A stretch of 33,352 nucleotides of DNA from Promethearchaeota archaeon (GTDB lineage Archaea > Asgardarchaeota > Lokiarchaeia > Sigyniarchaeales > SOKP01): contig JAEOTS010000010.1 of NCBI GenBank assembly GCA_016839745.1, forward strand, positions 1-33,352. The letters are read 5' to 3'. Below are positions 27,151-33,352 of this stretch, piece after piece. Position 1 is the stretch's first letter, and every line of letters begins with the position of its first letter. The notes below the pieces were generated by a model that worked only from the letters and a program-made list of their open reading frames with translations, ran no database searches and was not told the DNA's origin. A program made the position numbers and the translations under genes.

Positions 27151-28587
27151 ATGACTGAAAATGAAGAAACAACTTCAAGACATTCTTTTTCGACATATCT
27201 CTCTTTTGGTAGCTACAATATCCTATGGACAATTCCAACGGCAACACAGAGTCTTTTTATGTTTTTTTTTTATCATACAGTTGTCGGTCTTGACCCTCTT
27301 TGGATATTAACTGTCGTTGCTATAAACACAATATGGGCAGGTCTTAACGATCCTTTAATTGGTTACCTAACGGATAAAAATTTCAAGTGGACAAGAAAAT
27401 GGGGTCGACGCTTTCCGTGGATAGCAATCGCTTTTATTCCACAATCTTTATCTTTAATTATGATATTTTCCCCTCCAGATATTGATGCTACAGTAAATCC
27501 CTTGCCAATAATGCTTTGGCTTTTGCTCTCCTTGTTTGTGTTTGATTTATTTATTACGACCGTAGAAATCCATACTTCTATACTTCGTGCGGACAAATTC
27601 CGAACTGAAACAGAAAGAAGGAAATATGCAGGTTCTTGGGGTGTCTTTGACATGATTGCTCAAGTTCTTGGTATGCTTCTTCCACCGCTTTTTCTGTTTT
27701 TTGGAGAGACCATTAGATCTTACGCTGTTATGGCAGCAATTGTGGCTATAATAATGATTATCTTTGGCGTGTTATTCGTCATGAAAGGCGCTCGAGAGGA
27801 TAAGATCATTATTGATCGCTATTACTCAAGAGACTACGAAAGATTGCATATATTTAAAGGGGTAATGATAGTTGTTAAACAGAGAAGTTTTTTTGTTCTC
27901 TTTATTCATTATGTTCTATGGCTTGCAGCTACAGCATCGTTGATGACTGGAATGGTAGCATATTTAGTAGCATTTATTTTTCGATCTGAGGATCCGGATG
28001 CCATGATCCCATTTCTCGCTTTATTTCTCTTAGGATCATTAATCTCTATTCCAGTTTGGCTTAAAATACTAAAAAAAATGAATAACAATAGGAAAACGTA
28101 TCTTATCGGAAGCTTTATCTTAGTTGCCATTACCGTTCCAATGACTTTCTTCGTGGGTGATATTGATTTGCTGATTCTCATGTTTTTAGTGGGTTTCGCA
28201 AATGGATGCGTGTGGACTATTGGAATGCCGGTATTGTATTCGAACGCACAAGATGACTTTGTTGTGCGAACTGGGAAGAACCAGAAAGGTATCCTTGTTG
28301 GTACTTGGGCAGTAATAGGACTCGCTACAGCCTTTATTGACGAAGCATTAATAGCATTGGTATTCACTATAACGGGTTTCAAAGAAGGATTTCCGACATA
28401 TGCTCTATTAGAAGCGGAAGTTGGTGCCGCTGCTATGGTATCTATTCAGTGGGGAATTCGTTTCCTTATGGGAGTTATACCTGCGATGCTCATTTTAGTA
28501 GGTACATTGATCTTTTGGAAATACTATCCCCTCACTCAAGAAAAAGTTCTAGAAAACAAAGCTAAGCTACGTGAACTTGGCTTCTAA
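27151..28587 (+). CDS. GPH-family (MelB-like) glycoside/sugar:cation symporter, MFS_2
   Basis: W...NDPLIGYL.D....RKWGRRFPW, ERR, D....TGK...G, and C-terminal IR....IPA......FWKYYPLT. Confidence 0.9.
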   Translation: MTENEETTSRHSFSTYLSFGSYNILWTIPTATQSLFMFFFYHTVVGLDPLWILTVVAINTIWAGLNDPLIGYLTDKNFKWTRKWGRRFPWIAIAFIPQSLSLIMIFSPPDIDATVNPLPIMLWLLLSLFVFDLFITTVEIHTSILRADKFRTETERRKYAGSWGVFDMIAQVLGMLLPPLFLFFGETIRSYAVMAAIVAIIMIIFGVLFVMKGAREDKIIIDRYYSRDYERLHIFKGVMIVVKQRSFFVLFIHYVLWLAATASLMTGMVAYLVAFIFRSEDPDAMIPFLALFLLGSLISIPVWLKILKKMNNNRKTYLIGSFILVAITVPMTFFVGDIDLLILMFLVGFANGCVWTIGMPVLYSNAQDDFVVRTGKNQKGILVGTWAVIGLATAFIDEALIALVFTITGFKEGFPTYALLEAEVGAAAMVSIQWGIRFLMGVIPAMLILVGTLIFWKYYPLTQEKVLENKAKLRELGF

Positions 28588-29735
28588 CTTAATTTTTTTT
28601 TTAATTTTAAAGGATATTCCCCATATTTCTTTGTCGTAGAGATCATCGTTAATACATTTTCCAGTTTACAAGAATTTGTAATATCCGTGCAAGGGCTTAA
28701 CATGTATCCCCCGCCCTCCCCAGCATCGCGAATACACTTTTTCACGGCATTCACTACATCGTTTTTTGAACCATAAGGTAATAATTGCGAAACATCAATA
28801 TTTCCAATCAAGCATAGCTTATCACCATATGTCTCTTTCAAGTGTTTCAAATCCATTCCTGCCATTGGTTCTAAAGACTCTACAGCATCAAAACCTGCTT
28901 CGATCAATCCTTCAAAGTATGGTTCCGTGAATCCATCTGAGTGAAAGCACACATATTTACCCGCTTTTTTTAAAATTTGGATTGCCTGCTTATAAGCAGG
29001 TATAATAAGTTCTCGATGGTATTTTGGATTTATCATAGTTGTATTTTTTAAAGCACTATCGTCCATTATGAAGAAAATGTCAAAATCCGTTTCTGCGTTT
29101 AATTTAGCGGCCCTTAATAGTTTTTTCGCTCTAAGTTTAATATAGTGTTCTATTTTGTTCCTTTTTTTTCTTATTAATTTTATGAGTAAACCCAAACCCA
29201 AACCTTCCCAAAGAGGTTCTAAAATAGGTTCGAGCTCGCAACATGGTACAAATTCGTCCATAGGAAATTTCTTTAACCATTTATTTATATTTCTCGCGAA
29301 ATCTGGAGCTTCCTCCCATTCTACAGCAAAATATGTCTCGTAAAAATAATCAGCTTTTTCCTCCGTATCAATATAATTTCCTAAGTAATAAGCGTCAACC
29401 CAACCCTCTTTTCTTTGCTTCAAAAAAATTCTACCGTGATAATCAACGTATTTATTTTCATCAGGTAATTTAGGTAATGGATGCTCTCGCATATGATTTG
29501 TAGGGATAAATATGGGAAATGAGTTGAATCCCCATCCAGAGATATCAAATCCGAGTTTATGCTCCATATTATAATCTCTATAAGCTAGCTTAAATTTCCT
29601 TTCCGGAGTGAATGAATCCCCCCAATAATTCAGAAGCTCTTTTTGAAATCCAGGCATAATAACTTGACAAAATAGAGGAATACGATCTGGTTCTTCGTGG
29701 TTTAGCGCTTGCAATACTCTTTTTCGAGCACTCAT
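28584..29735 (-). CDS. URO-D / MtaA-CmuA family TIM-barrel protein
   Basis: MSARKRV..ALNHEEPDRIP, MDD.A, FHSDG, GFD...LEP.AGMD, LIGNID, GGGY.LSPC, KYG.YP. Confidence 0.88.
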   Translation of the reverse strand: MSARKRVLQALNHEEPDRIPLFCQVIMPGFQKELLNYWGDSFTPERKFKLAYRDYNMEHKLGFDISGWGFNSFPIFIPTNHMREHPLPKLPDENKYVDYHGRIFLKQRKEGWVDAYYLGNYIDTEEKADYFYETYFAVEWEEAPDFARNINKWLKKFPMDEFVPCCELEPILEPLWEGLGLGLLIKLIRKKRNKIEHYIKLRAKKLLRAAKLNAETDFDIFFIMDDSALKNTTMINPKYHRELIIPAYKQAIQILKKAGKYVCFHSDGFTEPYFEGLIEAGFDAVESLEPMAGMDLKHLKETYGDKLCLIGNIDVSQLLPYGSKNDVVNAVKKCIRDAGEGGGYMLSPCTDITNSCKLENVLTMISTTKKYGEYPLKLKKKLS

Positions 29736-29814
29736 ATTTTAACACTTTCAAAATTTAAAATAAATTTTATATCCCAAAATTAAATTTATCAATCTTCTAA
29801 ATCTAATAAATTAC

Positions 29815-30582
29815 ATGGTAGTATTAATTGAGAAGAATTATCCCGTTTTTACCGTTGTCATTGACAATCCCGAATCTAAAAACGCTGTTGATGGACCTAC
29901 AGCTCAAAAACTAAGTTCTGCTTTTAGAGAATTTGAAAACGACAATCAAGCCTTAGTAGCTGTGTTATGGGGTGCGAATGGAGCTTTTTGTTCGGGTGCG
30001 AATTTAAAAGCGATTTCCGAAGGACGAGGAAATAAAGTAGAAAAAAAGGGAGATGGTCCAATGGGTCCGACCCGATTGAGGTTAAGCAAACCAGTTATTG
30101 CGGCTATCGCTGGACACGCTGTTGCTGGAGGCTTAGAACTTGCCTTGTGGTGTGATATGCGCGTTGTTGAAAAAAATGCGATATTTGGGGTATTTTGTCG
30201 TAGATTTGGAGTGCCTCTTGTAGATGGGGGTACAGTAAGATTACCGAGACTTATTGGTTTAAGTCGGGCTATGGACATGATTCTTACCGGACGCCCTATT
30301 GGCGCTGAAGAAGCCTTAGCTTGGGGGCTTGCTAATCGATTAGTAGATAATGGCCAATCAAGAATAGAAGCAGAAAAATTAGCTAGAGAAATTGCTGTAT
30401 TCCCTCAGATTTGTATGAGAAACGATCGAAAATCTGCATATGAACAGTTCGGACTTAATATTGAAGAAGCAATGGCAAAAGAATTCAAATTCGGTCTAAA
30501 AACGCTTGAAAGTGGAGAGTTTCTAAAGGGTAGTAAAGCATTCATCAACGGTAAGGGAAAACATGGGGATTTTACCAATTAA
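29815..30582 (+). CDS. Enoyl-CoA hydratase/isomerase (crotonase family)
   Basis: FCSGANL, KPVIAAI.G.AVAGG.ELALWCD.R, RRFGVPL.DGGTVRLPRLIG. Confidence 0.93.
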   Translation: MVVLIEKNYPVFTVVIDNPESKNAVDGPTAQKLSSAFREFENDNQALVAVLWGANGAFCSGANLKAISEGRGNKVEKKGDGPMGPTRLRLSKPVIAAIAGHAVAGGLELALWCDMRVVEKNAIFGVFCRRFGVPLVDGGTVRLPRLIGLSRAMDMILTGRPIGAEEALAWGLANRLVDNGQSRIEAEKLAREIAVFPQICMRNDRKSAYEQFGLNIEEAMAKEFKFGLKTLESGEFLKGSKAFINGKGKHGDFTN

Positions 30583-30615
30583 ATAAAATTAACCATTATT
30601 AGAAGAGGTGAAAAC

Positions 30616-31035
30616 ATGATAATTTTTGAAGAATTTAGAGTGAAAACTCCGCAGAGAGAAATTTTGATGGAGATCACCAGTGATATAAAGATGATTGTAA
30701 GAAGTTCTAATATTAAAGAAGGAGTTTGTCGAGTTTTTGTTCCTCACACTACTGCGGGAATCACTATAAACGAAAACGCCGATAAATCTGTTATGAAAGA
30801 TGTTGCTAATTATTTAAGCAAGTTAATCCCAAAAGGTGGAAGTTTAGGATATTCTTTTAAGCATATAGAAGGAAACTCTGACGCACATATTAAAAGCTCA
30901 TTAACGGGACCCTCGATTGAAATTCTAATTCACAAGGGAAACTTAATGCTTGGTACATGGCAAGGAATTATGTTTACAGAGTATGATGGTCCCAGAAACA
31001 GAAAAGTGTTAGTTCAAGTCGAGGGAGAGAGTTAA
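30616..31035 (+). CDS. yjbQ: YjbQ/UPF0047 family protein (secondary thiamine-phosphate synthase)
   Basis: PHTTAG.TINENAD, H.EGNSDAHIKSSL.G, LGTWQGI...E.DGPR.R. SD GAGGTG. Confidence 0.93.
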   Translation: MIIFEEFRVKTPQREILMEITSDIKMIVRSSNIKEGVCRVFVPHTTAGITINENADKSVMKDVANYLSKLIPKGGSLGYSFKHIEGNSDAHIKSSLTGPSIEILIHKGNLMLGTWQGIMFTEYDGPRNRKVLVQVEGES

Positions 31036-31039
31036 GCGA

Positions 31040-32254
31040 TTAGTATTTCTTATCAACTTTGAATTGGAAAATAACGAGACTAATAATCATCATTAACATA
31101 ATAACATAAAATGGGAGTGCGATGTCTATTTCACCTAATGGACTCATGATCATTGGAGCAATTGCGCTACAGAAAAACCCAATCGCATTGTTGAATCCAA
31201 TTCCCGAACCCTTTAGATCTGATTGAATATCTTCAATTACTTCTAGTAAGAGCGTATTTCCTGCCGGATCAATGAGAGCAATTCCAATCCCGATAAACGA
31301 AATGATAAATAGAAAAATAGGTAAATTTAACGCAAACGCAGGAAAAAAGAAAAAAATTCCAAAACCTAATACTATTATCTGTCCAACCATACTTATTCTT
31401 CGAGATCTAAATCGATTTATTAGCTTACTAGCAATATACACAAAAACAACATAGAGCGCTAGAACCCCCAACATTAAATAACTTGAAATTATTTCACTTA
31501 AACCAAATCCTCTTACATTATCTTGGAATATCCAAATTAAGTATGCAGTAATAAATCCAAAAATGAACCATCTCACGGAATTAAATAGAAGTGCTAGAAA
31601 ATATTGTTGATCTTTAAGTAGTATTTTAATGTTTGTCAAACTGAAATCCATATTGTTATTTTGGTCTCCCATCGTTTCGTCTTTATCTTTTTCTTTTAGA
31701 ACGATAAAAATAATTAAAAAACTAAAGCAAATCAAGATCCCCTGCACCATAAAAATGCTTCTAAAACCTAAAAAACTCGAAATAAATCCTCCTAGTACAA
31801 ATCCAAGGAAGTACCCAACATTCATGTATAGAGTGTAGTATCCCATTCCCTTACTATGCTGATCTTTTTTGTAGATATCCCCTATAATTGCCTGAAGAAT
31901 TGATGTATATGCTCCTGCTCCTTGAATTGCTCTGTAAATGATAAGTAGAATTATATTTGGAGCAATAAAACACAGAATGGTTCCTATAAAATATATCACC
32001 ATCCCGAATAATATTATTTTTCGCCGTCCTAATTTATCTGAGACTGCAGCATATGGATATTGAAAAATACACTGTGTTAACGAAAACATACCAACTATAA
32101 TCCCATATGATGTAAGAGTACCAGCTAAACTCTCAACAAATGAAGGTAATCCTACTTGGACGATGCTCATTCCCATACTTCTAAAAGCTGTAGACAATAA
32201 GACAACAATTAAAAGATTTTTTGCATGCCTCCCTAATCCCGTTTCTAAAGAAAT
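31040..32254 (-). CDS. MFS transporter (probable ATT start at 32254; the track start TTG 32197 lies within TM1)
   Basis: Motif A SDKLGRRK, RAIQGAG, many TM segments. The frame is open up to a stop at 32267-32269, and GAGGAGG sits 5 nt before an in-frame ATT. Confidence 0.85.
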   Translation of the reverse strand: MSLETGLGRHAKNLLIVVLLSTAFRSMGMSIVQVGLPSFVESLAGTLTSYGIIVGMFSLTQCIFQYPYAAVSDKLGRRKIILFGMVIYFIGTILCFIAPNIILLIIYRAIQGAGAYTSILQAIIGDIYKKDQHSKGMGYYTLYMNVGYFLGFVLGGFISSFLGFRSIFMVQGILICFSFLIIFIVLKEKDKDETMGDQNNNMDFSLTNIKILLKDQQYFLALLFNSVRWFIFGFITAYLIWIFQDNVRGFGLSEIISSYLMLGVLALYVVFVYIASKLINRFRSRRISMVGQIIVLGFGIFFFFPAFALNLPIFLFIISFIGIGIALIDPAGNTLLLEVIEDIQSDLKGSGIGFNNAIGFFCSAIAPMIMSPLGEIDIALPFYVIMLMMIISLVIFQFKVDKKY

Positions 32255-32384
32255 TTTAGCCTCCTCTCAATGTATCCCAGTTTATTAAGGAAATTCAGTA
32301 ACCAATATAAATTTATTTTTCCTAATATTTACCCTTACGAACCACACTAACAATTAAAAATAATAAATTAAGGGATATCTATTT

Positions 32385-33352
32385 ATGAAAATTGGAATGA
32401 ATTCTCTAACAAATTTAGCTCGAATTAATAAAGATGTAAAGAGGAAGCGAATTTCTAGTTATGACAAGACGGGAGCAAACAGAGATGCCATTAAGTTAAA
32501 ACCTAATGAAGTCAATCAAATATGCGACATACAGAGCGCTGGAATAATTAAGCATATTTGGATGACTATATCCTCTTCTGATCCTGATTATCTTCGTAAA
32601 CTAGTTTTGAGAATGTGGTGGGATGAAGAACTATCTCCTTCAGTAGAAGTTCCTATAGGAGATTTTTTCGGAATAGGTCATGGTAAAACTGTAAATTTTT
32701 GGAGCCTTCCATTTGCTAACGGTCCAAATGATGGCAAAGGATTTAATTGTTTCTTCCCAATGCCATTTGCTACTCGCGCTAAAATAGAAGTAAAAAACGA
32801 ATCAGAGGGCGCTACTGTTTTATATTTCTATATAGATTACGAAGAATATGTTGATATTCCTAATGATCTCGGTAGATTCCACGCGTTTTGGAATCGACAG
32901 AATCCATGCGATGGAAAACCTTATGGGACCGGCAATAGAGTAGAGTTTTTTACAAAAAAGAATCCAACACATGAGGGAGACTATTTAATTCTTGACGCGG
33001 AAGGAGAAGGACACTTTGTAGGTTGTCATTTAGACATTCATAATTTAATGACTCCTGAGAATACGATACAAAAAGACGGTTGGTGGCCTGGAGAAGGTGA
33101 TGATTATATCGAGATTGATGATGGAGAAATTATATTGTATGGTACAGGTACCGAAGATTATTTTTGTGGAGCCTGGTGTCCCACACAATATTACTGCTCT
33201 CCATATTTTGGGGTAACTTTACCTGGTGGAGACAAATGGAGTGGTAAGATTTCCTATTATAGGTATCACATTGAAGATCCTATATATTTTCACAAAAATA
33301 TTAAGATCAAGATTGAACACGGACATGCTAATCAGCGTTCTGACGATTTTTC
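32385..33352 (+). CDS. DUF2961 / glycoside hydrolase family 172 protein, 3'-partial (absent from the ORF track)
   Basis: ISSYD.TG.N.D, G.IKHIWMT, LRMWWD....PSVEVP.GDFFG.GHG, NCFFPMPF, GRFHA.W, GEGDD, GTGTEDYF, YRYH..DPI.F, IEHGHAN. The frame is open to the window end. Confidence 0.92.
   Translation, partial: MKIGMNSLTNLARINKDVKRKRISSYDKTGANRDAIKLKPNEVNQICDIQSAGIIKHIWMTISSSDPDYLRKLVLRMWWDEELSPSVEVPIGDFFGIGHGKTVNFWSLPFANGPNDGKGFNCFFPMPFATRAKIEVKNESEGATVLYFYIDYEEYVDIPNDLGRFHAFWNRQNPCDGKPYGTGNRVEFFTKKNPTHEGDYLILDAEGEGHFVGCHLDIHNLMTPENTIQKDGWWPGEGDDYIEIDDGEIILYGTGTEDYFCGAWCPTQYYCSPYFGVTLPGGDKWSGKISYYRYHIEDPIYFHKNIKIKIEHGHANQRSDDF

Noticed and set aside
952-31838. Other short antisense or nested ORFs in the track (e.g. 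952-1248, 20024-20383, 27909-28382, 29946-30278)
   Set aside because: All lie within well-supported genes and show no independent coding signal.
1-33352. CRISPR array, tRNA or rRNA genes
   Set aside because: No regularly spaced repeats or GC-rich structured intergenic segments were seen; intergenic gaps are short and AT-rich.

Overview
This is an AT-rich, densely coding archaeal chromosomal segment. Poly-T terminators, TATA-like promoters, HdrA-MvhD, an AcdA alpha subunit, an eIF2B-like protein, several URO-D/MtaA paralogs, GPH transporters and a TIR protein together suggest an Asgard archaeon (Lokiarchaeia-like); the taxonomy is inferred, not proven. The left third is anaerobic energy metabolism: a partial 2-oxoacid:ferredoxin oxidoreductase beta subunit abutting an hdrA-mvhD fusion, an ADP-forming acyl-CoA synthetase alpha subunit, and a por operon. 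The right part holds valS, four URO-D/MtaA-family TIM barrels, an AP-endonuclease-2-fold protein, a GC-richer carboxylesterase, a GH36-like protein, sugar/MFS transporters and a partial GH172/DUF2961 gene. Standout observations: (1) the PorB subunit is circularly permuted, with the cut inside the TPP-binding GDG...N motif and all cluster ligands retained, in an operon with a gamma-delta fusion; (2) the carboxylesterase sits between two ~230-bp diverged direct repeats of a bidirectional promoter that carry reciprocal gene stumps; (3) a TIR gene is head-to-head with an eIF2B-like gene lacking the isomerase Cys; (4) ValRS is of the bacterial/eukaryote type; (5) two MFS genes probably start at CTG and ATT. 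No rRNA, tRNA, CRISPR array or transposase was recognised.
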